A stretch of 64,000 nt of DNA from NCBI GenBank assembly GCA_012295275.1, contig CM022668.1, positions 7,192,001-7,256,000 on the forward strand, in the 5' to 3' direction. Positions 1-15,563 of this stretch are shown one piece after another (the stretch's first letter is position 1; each line of letters starts with the position of its first letter). Under the pieces are notes generated by a model that searched no databases, was not told the origin of the DNA, and saw nothing but the letters and a program-made list of their open reading frames with translations. Position numbers and translations under genes: made by a program. The DNA is from Chrysomallon squamiferum. Lineage: Eukaryota > Animalia > Mollusca.

Positions 1-2865
1 AATTAACTCCGACGAAATGGACAGAGCGTTGACTTCACGGACAGCACAGTTTTCTCGCGAACACAGAAACAACGCGTTTTTCAAGTGCCGTTGATTTGGG
101 ACCGTGTTTTTATTTATATATATTTATTTTTTTTTAAAGACCTGTGAAATGAAGTCCATTATGTAAAGTGAACGTGTCTGTTTGAACGTCAGCCTTCTCA
201 GGATAACTTTCTACTTAATGAATAGTTTATAAAGTTATAGCAAAATGAATGACTATGCAGTTACTGAATGACTTTAGAGTTTTTTTTACTTTATGGACTA
301 TACCTGTTACTCGAGTCCAGTATGCAGTTTATAAATGGACTGTAATTACAGAATACACATGAATACACAGTTAAAATGGTCTGTCAAATTTAATAAATAG
401 ACAATAGAGTACAATGTCTAGGTTTTAAGAGAATAACAAGAAAATTTATAATACTAATGATAATGATGATGATGATGATGATAATATTATTAATAGCTAC
501 TACAACAGTAACAATAATAATGGTAAACATATATATTTATTTTTGTAACACCATTATGTGAACAGTGCTGTAGGTAAAAGAAAGAAAGAAAGAAACAGAA
601 AGAATGAAAGAAAAGAAAAGAAACAAATGATAAATACAAAGAAAAAAAGAAAAGAACAAAAGGAAAGACGAAATCATAAAAGAAAAAAAGGATTGAAACC
701 GAAGAAAGAAAAGAAAGAAAGAGAAGAAATGAAATAAAACAGGAAAAAATGAAAGAAGAAAAGAATGAAAAAAAGCTATAAATTCTAATTAAAAGAAGAA
801 ATGCATGTACTTTTTTAATATTGCATAAACTTTTAATATACCGACATATGACGTCATATAAAATACAAGGACCATCATATACAATAAGAGATGAAATCCT
901 CTGACGTCATTAATAAGTTATTAGGTATGACGTTTTTTTTTTTTTTTTTTATATATATATATATATATATATCGTGCAGACAAGACGCTACATGTCATTT
1001 TTACGTCAGAGGCAGATTCCAGGTTTACTAGAGAACATTAATTGTTGTTCACCGGCGAGAACCGATCCCAAACACGATGGGACTGCATCTGACCATTTCA
1101 CCCAAGAAGCTAATATCTGCCCACACAACAGACAACAGGGAAAATGTCTTAACGCGCGGAAGTTATTCTGGTGTCCTAATTCTTCCAACTAACATATTTT
1201 GGCCCACAAAATTACAAAGATCGATCGAAGTCTGAAAATAAATTATCGGTTATTGGGAGAAAGAGACAAATATCGTTACAGACAGAATGAATGTGTAAAT
1301 AAAACGAAAAAAAAAAAAAAAGAAAAAAAAAGAAGAAGAAGAAGAAGAAGAAGAAGAAGAAGAAAAGAAAAGAAAAAGGAAAGAAAAGAAACAGACATTC
1401 AGATATTTCGTTCATTTGGAAGATACCAGCATTTGTTGTAAAACATCGCTAATTTCCGGATCCACACGTATGATGTCGGCGCTCGTTGTAAAACATCGCT
1501 AATTTCCGTAGGGAAATCTTCTCAACCTATCAGTGATTAGGAAAAGCTGGACGAGATAGAGAGCGAAGAGAAATTTGTCATTAGGCGGTGATAAGGCCGA
1601 GAAGATGTAAATCTGGATAATAACAAGAAAATCATTCTCGTGGCGAAATGTGATTTGCGTTAATAATTTCACGGCGCCATTTTGATTTTTTATTATTTTT
1701 TTTTTTCCGACTGTCTAAGATTTACGGATAAACGTGATGGCAAAAATAACTGGCGTGAAAGTGGAACACAATTCATAGTCTTCTTTTTGTTGTCTTCCTT
1801 TATTTATACTTTCTTTTGTTTCTCTTCTTTTAATCATTGTATCCTTCGTTTTTTTTAGTTTATTCGTCAATCACTTCGTCCATTAATTTTTTTTTCAGTT
1901 TTTTTTTTTCTGTCATTCATTTTTGTTTTGTTGTTTCTTTCATTTCTTTAATTCTTTTTTTTTTTTTAATTCAATCTTTTTCTCAAGTCTCTGTCTTTTT
2001 TTTTTTCCACACTTTCTTTCTTTTATTTCATTCTTTTTCATTCATTCTTTATTCTTTTTTGTTTTCTTTTTTCTTTTCTATTTGTTTTTGTCCGTTTCTT
2101 ACTTTAATTTGTTTCTTTTAAAGTAAATTTCTGCAGTTTCAAATAAAAAATATATTAACTTTGGTCAGAATAATGGAAGAATGTTGGTACCAAAGCAACC
2201 GATTTTATATAAAATATTAATCAGTAGATTCAATCAAAGCCGCAGCAACTTTTCTGGAATTTCTCGTCTGGATAACAGTATTTTCTCTCATCATTTCCGA
2301 TCGCCATATTTTGTTTTTCCACCCTCCTTTCTTTCTTTATTTTTTAAAAATATTATTTTACCCTAAAATTGTCATTAAGGACACCTTAATTTTAATTTTT
2401 GCTGGGTTATTATAATTATTATTATATTTTTTCTAATAGAGTTCTTTTTTTTTTTACTTTTTTTTTTAAATTTTTTATTTTAATAAGAAACATAATGTCT
2501 ATGTCACAGATATAATGCACGTACAGTAATATATAACACATACATATACATACATACATATATATATATATAATTATATACATATATAGGTAAAATACAA
2601 AAAACACTGTTAATAATGATAAAACTAAAAATTATCAATGATGATAACTGATGATAACGACGACAACGACAGTGATGCAGAACACAATGACAACGATCTT
2701 ATCACTGTCCACAAGGTTTTCTGCCATTAAAAAAATAATAATAAAAAGCATAACAAACAAACAAAACAAAACAAAACAAAAAAATTAAAACACCTTTACC
2801 AATAATTACGTAACCAAGATAACGATGACGACAACAACAAGGACGACAACGACGTTGCTACTCAC

Positions 2866-3063
2866 CACTACCACTGAACTTCAGAGGCCTCGCTATGACG
2901 TCAAGTCTATCGACACTGAGGGCAACGAGGGCGTACGTCGACGCGTACGTGACCACGCCCTGGGAGTAGCGCACGAGCTTGCAGCCAACGTCGCCGCCGT
3001 ACCAGTCAATCGTGCTCTTCCAGACGATGTCAGTCAAGACGTTGACGAGTCCAGCAGACAAGT
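2866..3063 (-). CDS. CCAPR: CCAP/NPS-type GPCR, coding exon 3 (TM2-ECL1-TM3-ICL2); gene continues beyond the window
   Basis: Acceptor tttctctcag|AC completes the phase-1 Asp of LAIAD; 198 nt encoding DLSAGLVNVLTDIVWKSTIDWYGGDVGCKLVRYSQGVVTYASTYALVALSVDRLDVIARPLKFSGS; donor G|gtgagt. NVLTDIxW and VTYxSTYxLVA are CCAPR-like. Confidence 0.95.
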
Positions 3064-3290
3064 CTGAGAGAAACAAGAACGGGAAAAAACTGACTGAATA
3101 CTGAGTGAAGTGTTAAAACGTCTCGTTAGTAATTGAACTTAAATACTATTTTCTAAAATTGTTTGCTAATGGTTTTGTTTTGTTTTGTTTTTGTTTTTTT
3201 TAACTTGCTGTTGTACCTGAAGTTGTGTTAAAATGAAGAAAAACTATATTTTGTGATTTCTTTCTGATATTTGTGACAGTCATAAACATC

Positions 3291-3568
<278 letters not shown>

Positions 3569-4339
3569 TCTGTATGAGAAATTATATATAAAGACAGACA
3601 TACTTTCAGATACATAAATAGACAGAGAGAGAGAGACAAGCAAACAGACATGCATACTGAGATAGACAGCTTCATAAATGGAAATAAATAATGAAAAAAT
3701 GTGAGAACATAAATAAGTAGAAAGACAGACAGAGAGATAGACAGGAAGAAAGAAGGACGGCTAGTGAGTGACAGAGCGAAAGAACTAGAGACAGGGAAAC
3801 AGAAATCTAGAGAGCATCAAAGGACATGAACACTGCTGTAACGTTATTAATTACTGGCCAGATATGAAGATATTCCGCGATATTCCACGGCAAAGCGAAA
3901 ACTAATGACTTCTGAGATCTCGAGATAAACTCGTTATTCTGCGAGAATGTTTCTGACATGTTCTTATCACGGTGATCACACGCAACCCAAGCGATCGAAG
4001 AGTTGCTGTTTGTCCGGGAGACGTGTACAAAGTTCCGTGACCATTCTGTACGTTTGCAAATTTACAAACTGTATATATTTATTTTTTCTTTTATATATTT
4101 TGTCTTATTTTATTACGAGCACACACACACAGACACACGCGCGCGAGCGCGCACTCATACGCACAGTACATGCATATATATTTTAATTTTAATTTTTAAA
4201 TTTTTGGTGAATTCATTTACTTTTTTAATATCAACTGAAGAGGTTATTTCATTTTAAAATGTTATGTCCAGCTTTGAAATGAAAAATTTAATCTTTTATC
4301 TCTGTGTATCTATCTATCTATCTATCGATATTTATCTAT

Positions 4340-4409
<70 letters not shown>

Positions 4410-4478
4410 GTCTGTCTGTCTGTCTGTCTGTCTGTTTATCTGTATCTATCTCCATCCTATCTGTCCATCTATCTATCA

Positions 4479-4524
<46 letters not shown>

Positions 4525-4908
4525 ATATATATATATATATTATATATCTGTTTGTCTGTCTGCCTCTTTTTGAAAGGAGAAAATTCAGCACATTTTGTTA
4601 TTTTAAGAAAAATACAATTAAAGTTTTCCACAGTTTTTCTACGAGAACCTTTCACGATATTTTTGAGAAAAAAAAGAAAAGAAAAGGAATCCCACGCCTC
4701 TTGGTAAACAATTTCGTAAATGATTAATAGTAATTAACACGCAGTACATAATTTCGTGGTTGCTGTAGAAACATGAAAATATAGCTTTATTATATTTTTA
4801 ATTTATTTAATTGTATTTAAATTTACTTTAAGGTTGTTTTTTTGGGTTTTTTAAAGATTGTTTTAATTGTTTATTGGGTTATATTTCATTTTACTTTTTA
4901 TTTCCATT

Positions 4909-4969
<61 letters not shown>

Positions 4970-5399
4970 AAAACACACACACACATACAGACACAGACAT
5001 TTATTTATTTACACACATTTCTAACCTCTCTTTAACTAATCTAAATTATTTTTCGTAACCTCCTTGAACTCGCCACATAAATACAGGCTTCTATTTGGAA
5101 CGAGAGAGACGGCAGAGCATATTAAAGAAAAACACGAGTTCAAAAAGAAAGCGTAATCAGTAGTTTAAAAGGAGCGATCGAATGAGCCTAATCAATATTA
5201 ACAATATCTGTGACATACACAAACGCGAAGTGGCAGCAGAAAGGGAACTGTTAACGCAACTAGCTGTTTAGAATACATTATTCCGCGGAAAATGATCTTT
5301 ATTTAAGTACGGGGAGCAAATTCACATGTCGATCAATCATCGTTTTGCTAATGTATTAATAAGTGGTGTCCTACTCCACAACCAATAAACTCCTCGTTT

Positions 5400-5735
5400 T
5401 ATTTCGTATGTGTTTGTGAGTTACCGTATATATTCATAGTCATTCGTAACTGTTCGTACAAGCCCGTATGTATTCGTATAATGTTTGTAAATGCAATTGT
5501 TCGAGCACGTACGTATGTATTCGTAACCATTCGTAAGCTGTTCGTATACACAGGTAACAGTATTTGTACATTTATGTATGTATATATTCATTTGTAAACT
5601 ATTCGTGCATATCTGTATATATTATAATCATTCGTAAATTTTCGTAATTTTTATTTGTATTCTTAATCATTCGTAAATGTTCGTACATGTCCGTATAGAT
5701 TAGCAATCATTCGTAAACAATCGTGCATTTTCGTA
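5400..5735. repeat. Degenerate tandem repeat built on TTCGTA
   Basis: Recurrent tattcgta/cattcgtaa/gttcgtac blocks with a period of about 38-40 bp. Confidence 0.7.
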
Positions 5736-6141
5736 GTTGAAGAATTTTGTTTCGAAAATTTCACTAATTTTGATAAAATCGCAGTAACTGTTTAATACGT
5801 TCCAGATTCCATTTCACATTTATTCTGATATTCAAAGCGTAATGGATGTCTTCTGCAACATTAGAACATATCATACTTGTTGGAAGTCTGAAAAAAAAAA
5901 TATTCATCGATATATCTCCATGGTATTAAATATACTGAAGCGTAATAAAATGATTTTGCCATGCGGAATTTTAGATTAATAGATGCTTTGCGACATAATG
6001 CAATATTTATAAAACACATAATTCACGATTAAGAAAGAGTTTGAGGAATATTCAGATTTTTATTAATATAATGAATACAGTCCAGACACATTTGATCATA
6101 TTAAAAGGTTACATTAAAATGTTTGTATGTGTGTATATGGT

Positions 6142-6193
<52 letters not shown>

Positions 6194-7855
6194 TTGTCTG
6201 TCATTCTCTGTGTGTGTGTCTCTCGTTCTATCCTCTGACCCTCATTTTTCCTGTTTTATCTCTTTTTCGTTCTATCTTTCAGTGTCTTTCGCTCACTTTG
6301 CTCTATATTCTAAATAAACGCACGCACACGCATACATTCGTTTGTAGTACACACACACACACATACACACACATCGACGTTCTTACTGAAAGTTACAACA
6401 TATAAATTACAAAACAACATTTATTCAGTATAGATTTCTTGATTTCGTTTTTTATTTCTGCGTAACAGAAACAGTGATACCAGTCTATTCCGTGAACCAC
6501 TCCAGTGGGTACCAGTCGATAGCCCAGGTCACGTGTTACCGACAACGATCAGTCGATCGATCAGTCAATCAGTCATAAACGCGCTTAACTGTGAAGGTTC
6601 AGACACATTTGTCATGGGCAAACAACAATAAACTTGATTTATTTGTATCAGGTTTTTCTTGCGTTTAGCGATGATAAGTCAAAATAATACGACAAATTTT
6701 TAAAATTAATTACTGTGGATATAATTAAAATTAATAATAGATATTATTAAGTTATAAAGATGTTTGAATAAACGTTTTCATATATATCCAAACAGTCTGA
6801 TACATAGATAGAAATGTATTTATATACAGATACCATAGACCTGCATACACATACAAACGTACATATATACATACATACATACAAACATACATACATACAA
6901 ACAAACATACAGACATACATACACACACATACAGACAGACAGAATTTAAAAGATATAATCAGATACAAGGATATAAATAACTTAGCAAACACACAGACAG
7001 ACATACAGACAGACAATTCAATATATAAACAAAGCTTGTCGTTTAGTAAGTATTAATTCTATTTTTTCTTTCTTTTTTTCTCAATCCTTCTTTATCTCGT
7101 AATCAAATTCGTGACAGGGCGAAAGGCTGACTGTTCAATGTCTGCACGTGAAATGCGCAGCAATTTCACGACATTGTGACGTAAAATAAAATGACGTGAC
7201 GTAAATTGTTATTGGCAACTGACCGTTACCTCAATAACAGTTTACAATCTATTTTGTTTTACACTATAATTACGGTTCAAGCGAAGTCGCTTTTTCTGCT
7301 GTTGTTTAGCTAATGCAGACGACGAACTGAGAGAGAGAGAGAAGAAGAAGAACGCAGAGAAATAAAATAGAAAGAAAATGAAAGAAATAAAATGAAAAGA
7401 AAAAAGCGAGAAATAGAATGGCAAGAAAGAAGAAAAAAGCAAGAAATGTGAAAGAAAGGCAGAAAGGAAAGAAAAAAGGAGGAAAGAAGGAAGGAAGGAA
7501 GAATAAAGGAAAGAAGAAAGAAAGACGGAACGAAATAAGGAAAAAGGAAGGTGAGTTTAGAAGAAGACAAAGAATGGAGAAAGACTTAAAGAATGAAAGA
7601 AAACATGAATGAATTATGAAATGAAAGAATATGAATAAAGAAAAAACTAAAAGATGGAAAGGAAAATAGAAAGGAACAAGAGGAACATAGGAAGAACAGA
7701 CGAAGACAGCAGAGAAAAAAGAATGAAGGATGAAGAAAAAAGAAAGAAGGATTGAGAATAAAGAAAATAAATAAATAAAGTGTAAAAAATTGAAATAAAA
7801 GAGAAATATACATGCGAACAAAAAAACAACAAACAAAAACAAATAATAACAAAAA

Positions 7856-7889
<34 letters not shown>

Positions 7890-8981
7890 ATAAAATAAAA
7901 AATGAAAAATAAATATATATAAACAAACAAATAATAAATAAATAAATAAATAAATATGAAAATAAATGGAAATAAATAAATAAAAATAATTAAACAAAGA
8001 AACAAAGAAACTAACCAGCAAACAAACAAACTAACAAATAAAGAAATAAAGAAAGACATAAATAAATAAATAAATAAATGTTTTTAAATGAACTTTCTCA
8101 AATATTACTGCGCGCTTGTTTAATCCTGATGCTTCTTTGAGCATGCGTGGACGTTGCTAAACGTCATATCCCGAAAACGTAACCGGATTGATGACGTCAT
8201 TTCTCTTATTAATCTGGCATATACAATGAATACATCAAAAGTTTCTTTATTATTATTATTATTTTGTTGTTGTTGTTGACGTTAATATTGTTCATTGTTA
8301 TTGTTTTTGTTGTCATTGATATAATTGTTGTTACACTTATCGGATTTTCATGTTGTTACCACCATTCATTGATTATTGTTGTTTGTTGTTGTTATGCACT
8401 AATGATTTCAGTAATTAAATTATGAACTAAGTAACTAGGTATTATTGTCATCATCAATATTATTATTATTATCATCATCATCATCATCATCATCACCATA
8501 ATCGTTATTGTTATTGTTGTTACTGTTGTGTTGTTGCTGTTGCTGTTATCATGGTGCGTTTTCTCATGTTGCGGTTTGTTAGAATCAAATGAAATTACCT
8601 GGCAGAAACTTGTTCACAGATTTCTGCAAACCGTAAAAAGTCATCTCATTTTTACAGCCGCATATTCGTAGGTTTTCTTAATTCATTTTTTTTCTTTCTT
8701 TCCATTTTTCTTTTATGTTTTTCTTTCTTTCCTTTGGTTGCAAATGTAATTACACATTAATACCAATCCTGTTTTTTTTTTTTTCTTCAAAGTGTCAGCT
8801 ACGTAGAACTTAAAATTCAAATTTATGTTAGTTTTCTTTCGTGAATACGAAATGTTAAAAAATACCTTTCTTTAATCTTTTTATTAATAATAATAATAAT
8901 ACATAAACAAACATGCGAGCTATCAAAAAAAAAAAAAAAAAAAAAAAAACGAATAAGGGTGATAATTGCTTCATAATAAAA

Positions 8982-9032
<51 letters not shown>

Positions 9033-9206
9033 AAATAAAATAAATAATAAATATAGAATAAATAAATAATAAAAAAAAAAAAAAAAAAAAAAAAAAATTA
9101 TATATATATAATTTAAAAGAGCGGCTTTAAATAATCAAGGGAGATAACTCACCGGTGATAACCATCTAACGGAAATAGCCGAAGAGCGGTTAGTGTTGTG
9201 ACTTAC

Positions 9207-9342
9207 CGGCAATGGCGAGGTTGAGAATGAAGAAGTTCATTCTGGAACGTCTGTTTTTCGACATTGCGATGACGAAGATGACGAGAGAGTTTCCCACCAC
9301 AATCAACACAAAGAGAGCTATCAGGAACGACAACTGTTCTCT
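9207..9342 (-). CDS. CCAPR: CCAP/NPS-type GPCR, coding exon 2 (TM1-ICL1-start of TM2)
   Basis: Acceptor cccttgcag|AGA, donor G|gtaagt; 136 nt encoding REQLSFLIALFVLIVVGNSLVIFVIAMSKNRRSRMNFFILNLAIA. Carries the TM1 GN motif and SRMNFFI..LA, typical of the vasopressin/NPS/CCAP receptor group. Confidence 0.93.
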
Positions 9343-10637
9343 CTGCAAGGGAGATAAATACGGATATAAATTAACGGGATATGAAATATCATTCAGTACA
9401 TACAACTGTAATAAAAAAAAAACGACAATGACGACGACAAAACAAAAACAACAACAACAGTAGCAGTAGTGTTAATAATAATGTATGAATGATTGAATGA
9501 ATAAATAAACAACAAAAATCAGCAGTTTATTTAATTGCACAAACATACATTCAAACATACTGAATTAATTTACTTTTGTTACTGAGACTGCTGCCACTGC
9601 TATATACATACCCATGCACACAAACACATATAGACACACAGTTAAACCTATACACGTATAAATGCATACACACACACATAAACATACACACACTCAAACA
9701 CATATATACAGACAAACACGCACATTTGTACACATTTATATATCTCCCGCTACAAAGCTTGATTTTGTCACAACTAAATATAAAAAAATAATATTAATAA
9801 AATATTATAAAATAAAAAAAAATAAAATAAATGAATCATTAGAAGAAGAAGAAGAAGAAGAAGAAGAAGAAGAAGAAGAAAAAAAAAAGATAAAATAAAT
9901 ATGTGTGTGTGAGTAACATTTAATCAGAAATTCGCCACCTCTGCATCTGCGTAGGTAGATTAATTTGATCTGTCATTACGTGTGACGTGAACGAACGAGT
10001 GATACAGATTTGCTGTCTGAAGAATATCAAATACTGAAATTACCTAGCTGTAATATTACATGGGTAGTGTATGGTTTCGTAAGCAGCAATAGCTTGTCGC
10101 TGAACAGTCTACACAGAGCAACTGTGAAATACTGTTTAGTATGACACCGGTTGACCGGAATACAATTTAACTCCCGGACAAGAATCGTGCCCCGACGTAC
10201 GTATGACGGCATTTTCTTGCTCTGTTAGAAATATCGAAACTTCAGAAGTCGAGACGAATACACAATTTGGCAGAGACGTACATACATCAAACGTCTGCAG
10301 ATCGTACGATTGGAGAATTCATCTCCGACTGTCGCACGTCCACATTAAATAACAATTCATCAACGATTTTAAGCGAGCGCAGTAAATTAACAACACCAGT
10401 GGTGTACGTAATACGGGAGAGTCTTTGCTTACTGACGTCATAGAGGTCATGCTGTATGGTGTTAGCGATGTCTGTCAAACTGGTTGTCAGGGAGATCTGT
10501 GAATAAGCGTAGATGTGTTTTCGTGATTATATATTAACTTGAATATTAACTTGATGCAATGTCTTGATTACATCATGAACAGTTAGATCATGAACATTAC
10601 AAATGACTAGGCATAAAAAAGACCTCGTTATATATAT

Positions 10638-10707
10638 TATCCTGTTAGTGGGATGGTGCATGTAAAAGACCTTTTGTTGCTAATCTAAAACATTTTTACC
10701 CATGAGT
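10638..10707 (+). mobile_element. Degenerate SINE-like dispersed repeat fragment
   Basis: tatcctgttagtgggatggtgcatgtaaaagaccttttgttgctaatc resembles the reverse complement of 37804-37856; similar to a gastropod SINE body as I recall it (not verified). Confidence 0.45.
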
Positions 10708-12045
10708 TTTCTTTAATCATGCGTAAATACACAAACGCACACATACAAACACACACACAAACACACACATACACACACACATATATACGTATATTATAAA
10801 GAGTTATGAAGTTGCTTCATAATATCTGTAATGATAATTAAAAGATCCCTGACATCACGTGATTAGTTTAAAGTATAAATTACCCATAATACATACTTCA
10901 CAGTGATTAGTTCAGCGGTGATATACACCAGTTATAAAATGCGGACGCTGCACAATTCGGTATAGTCTCAGTTTAATGTACGTGAATTTAGCCTGAACAT
11001 GTCATCCACTGAAATACAAGGAAAACGCTGAACTTATTTCTGTTTTGCTTAGAAAATGAAACTAAAAAACCCTCCTGGAACTCTTCTTTTTAAAAACTTT
11101 CGTTTTTGCGTTCTTGAAATCAAGCTTTCGAACGATTCTGCGTAAAAAAAAAAAATATTTCTTTATTTTCATAATCCATTTAATAAAAAAAAATAATAAT
11201 GAAATTCTGAATATCCACAACTGTTTATTCCAAACCATTTAATTTTCTTTTTCAAATGAACTTTATTTCAATAGTGGACTGAACGAAGGACACAAATATT
11301 CCGAACACGTCCAGTGCGCATGACAAATTAATCCGTAGTACATCCTTTCAGCATGTAACAAATCATAAACGATTACTGGCGCTTAAGAATGTTACCTCAC
11401 AAATAACATTCCACTTTCGTTTATACAAGAGAAAATGAAAGAAAGGAAAACAAAAAGAATTTTTAAAAAATTAAAAAAGTAGATAAAACCACTGAAAAAT
11501 AAATAAATGAAAATAATTCTGCTTGGATTTATTTCTAAGTAAAGAAAAAAATAACAGTGAAAAGAAAAATATTGTATTAAAGCTTTGATCATTACCAACA
11601 AATAATATATATATATATTATATATTTACATATTTAGTTACTTAATTAGTTTCTGTATTTGCCATTTAAAATTAATGGAAAAAATAAAATTAAACATTAA
11701 GATTTTAAAATTATTCCGCGAAAATATACGAAACATTCCGAACAAACACGAACGTCGGCTTCGGGGATAATCGTAGTTAATATTAACTTTCAGAGAATTG
11801 TGTTATCGGAAATGGTTTCAGTTTTGTTACAAGTCAACGAAGCTGAAAATTAAATTATTTCTTGGCAACGTAAATTACCACGGTTCGGATTCTTTTCGAA
11901 GTGTACCGCCATTTTGGTTACATGTCGCCATACTGTCGAGGTCAAAGTGCGGTCGCATGGGGTACCGAGGTGAGGCGCGAAGGGAACTCGTGAACGAAAA
12001 CGAGTTTGGTTCGTAAAGGTTCAAAGATTAGAAGATTTAACTGAC

Positions 12046-12145
<100 letters not shown>

Positions 12146-12457
12146 AATAACTATTTATTTTATCACTTGATTCAGAAAAACTGCGTTTCAGATATCTGAG
12201 AATTCCAGTAATTAAAACAATTCCTGATGACGTAGTACGAAATAAAAAAAAAAAAAAAATTAAAAAACTTTAATGTCAAGTGAACAGACTAGTTTTCAAA
12301 GCTGGTGACGTCATTTCCGTCTACTCGGGTCAAAATGACACATGTGAATACAAATTTAAAACAAAAAAGTAATAAAAATAAAAATAATAATATTAATATG
12401 ATTAAAGCGTCATCATTTAAAGGCCAAGAAAACAAAGAAGTAACATATATTAAACAA

Positions 12458-12641
<184 letters not shown>

Positions 12642-13062
12642 TAATTATAAATTCAGTAACGTAAAGGAACCAAACGCGATCAGCTTTTCTTTTTCGTTTA
12701 TTATGAGACAGATGATCTAAACGGTTTTATGAAAAAACTATAAATGAAGAAATCGGAGAAATCTTTTCCTAGGAAGGTTTCTGTTCCGAAATAGAGCGAT
12801 TTCAAATTGACCTTTTGACGCTTTTCTATGAAGAAACGATTTGATCAAAAAAAACAAAAAAATACACATTAAAAACAAAAAAAATGCCAGTTGGTCTGCC
12901 TTTGAGAATTGATCCAATAAACCTCGGTGCCGAAGGCAGTACATTTACAAAGTAATTATTTTCAGTCTGAATCGGATCAAATGCAATACGCAGCCATTTG
13001 CATGAAATCTTGTATGATCTAAAGATTAATGTAAGGATTTTCAACGTTCATTGTACGTCAGT

Positions 13063-13147
<85 letters not shown>

Positions 13148-13214
13148 AGAAATGGTTTCGTTTAAAAAAAAACAATACATATTAATCAAATGGTTCCGTT
13201 TTAAAAAATACATT

Positions 13215-13260
<46 letters not shown>

Positions 13261-13265
<5 letters not shown>

Positions 13266-13339
13266 AAATGGCTTTGGTTTTAACAGCAATAATAAAAATA
13301 TGAATATGAATAGTACTACTACTACTACTACTAAGACTG

Positions 13340-13342
<3 letters not shown>
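13261..13342 (-). repeat. Dispersed inverted repeat, copy 2 (between (TC)n tracts; GPCR intron 1)
   Basis: ttaacagcaataataaaaatatgaatatgaatagta(cta)6agactggtt is the reverse complement of copy 1. Confidence 0.92.
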
Positions 13343-13390
<48 letters not shown>

Positions 13391-15406
13391 CTCTCTCTCA
13401 AAATTTACAAACAAGTAGAGACGCTGGAAAAAGCTTTTCTAAGCAAACTGAAGCGAGCCAATGACGGAATAAATTAAAATGGGAAAAACAAACTGAAGTT
13501 TACAAAAAAACTTAACAGAAGAAACTAAATCACAAACAGTTTGTCAAGTGACTTGAACTGAACACAGAATGTCAAACTCAAAAAATATGTAAAAATATGT
13601 TTTATTACTTGCTCAAAGTTGCTAAAATCTAATGTTAAACGGAACAGGTTTTGCAATTTTTGAAAAACAAATTGTTAAATAAAATAGTTTCTATTTCATC
13701 ACAATTCGTTAAAAGGCAAAATAATATATATTTATATATATAATTTTTATTATTGTTTGATAAAATAAAATGTTAATTAAAATACCTTTTTTCAGTTTAC
13801 TACAATTTATTTTTAAACACAAAATGTTCAAAATAATATTTATTATTTTACCTCAATTTAAAAAAATGAAAAAAGAAAATTTAAAATACGTTTTTACTTT
13901 ATTACAGTTTTCTAAAAGAAAATATTAAATACAATTTGTTTACTCTTTTAACTCTGGTAATTTATTTATTAAAACTGTCCCATTCCAAATATATTATTAC
14001 TTTCAACAATTGGTGACAGGTCACAAACCGTTATCAAATTTTGACACATAAAAATTACCTGTCAGAAACAACTAAACGTAATTTTTACTGCTAAAAGCCG
14101 ACAGTGTGCTTTTTGTTGTTTTTTCAAGTATTTTATTTCATTATCTGAGACTGCACGTTATTGTTCTGTTATGACTTAACGTTCTAGAGTACAGAGGATC
14201 AAATCTCGTGTGTGGAGGAAATGAATCATTATAATTAAAGTTGTTAAGACATAATATGCTATAGTTTTTATGAATCTTTGTGGTAAGGACTCAAGCGTAA
14301 TGGTCCACGGGTTCGAAACCTTGTAAACTCGCCTTTATTCGTATTTTCAAAAACAATGTTTTTTCTTTTCTCGATATAGAAAACTGGTTAAAACTACATT
14401 CCTTGTTAGTTATAGAAAATATCACGAAATAGCAGCTTTCATATATGGAAGTGTTCAAATTAGTCTGTATTTAAATTAAAAAAAATAATTTAATAAGAAA
14501 TTTTTAAAACATTTTAAAATAGCAATATCTTGAAGAATATATATTCAGATTTGTGAAATCTAAACACCAAGGTAACTTCTAGTAGGAAACAGAAGGTACA
14601 AAAGCAAAAACAAAAACAAAAAAAAAAAACCAAAAATCGAAGGAAAAACAAAACAGTAACAACAACTAAGACCCGTTTAAAAGTTAAAGCTCGAAAATTT
14701 TATTTGTTTTTTTCTCAGTGTCAAGTACCATTCCGTCATAAACGCGATGACGTCATCACTCGAGAACTGCACAGTGGTAAAATGGCTGTGTTTCTATACT
14801 TGTAACATTGTCATTTTATTTCATACTTTGTTATTAACGATCAGAAGTAACATAAAATAATATAATGATGACAGCATGGAAATACAAAGAATATTTTGAA
14901 GACCGTTCATTCATACTGCCAGTGGTGAACTTTGCATTCTTTGAGTCCAAATACGCTTCTCTCTGATAAATTGGTTATTTATCAGAACGTACACACCAAT
15001 AAATCAACCTGCACATTAGGTTAATTCATCATTCTTTCAGACTTTTCCGTATACAATAACTTTTTACCAAGATCTTGACAAAAGCTTGACTTAACTTCAA
15101 CTTACAATAGCTACCGCGTAGGACTATCAGACTGGGGTTGTTAAATATGTTGCGCTGAGCAATGAACTGATGCATAATTCAGAGGACCAGTCGATGAAGA
15201 AGACTTCAATCAAAGTTACTTTTAAATATATGTGTTGTTCTACTGTACCACCGCTACCATTACTACTACTACTACTACCACTACCACTACCACTACCACT
15301 AGTACTACTACTGCTACCGCTGCTGCTGCTATTACCGCTACGGCTGCTATTACCGCTACGGTGCTGCTACTACCATTACTGCTACTACTGCCCTGCTACT
15401 ACTACT

Positions 15407-15480
15407 ACCATGATGCATCTTATTACTGGCACTGCTGCTATTATTATGATTACTTTACTACTACTACTACTACTACTATT
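15407..15480 (+). repeat. Dispersed ~50-bp core followed by (CTA)n, copy 1
   Basis: accatgatgcatcttattactggcactgctgctattattatgattacttta(cta)n, near-identical to the sequence at 39426. Confidence 0.85.
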
Positions 15481-15518
15481 ACTATTACTACTACTACTAC
15501 TACTACTACTATTACTAT

Positions 15519-15563
<45 letters not shown>

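Noticed and set aside
974-1192. Overlapping short ORFs as a possible next GPCR exon (TM4)
   Set aside because: No hydrophobic TM4-like segment with the conserved Trp/Pro; the next exon probably lies outside the window.
2825-3067. Plus-strand 80-aa ORF
   Set aside because: Antisense shadow of GPCR exon 3.
14281-14330. B-box-like GGTTCGAAACC suggesting a tRNA gene
   Set aside because: No convincing A box or cloverleaf.
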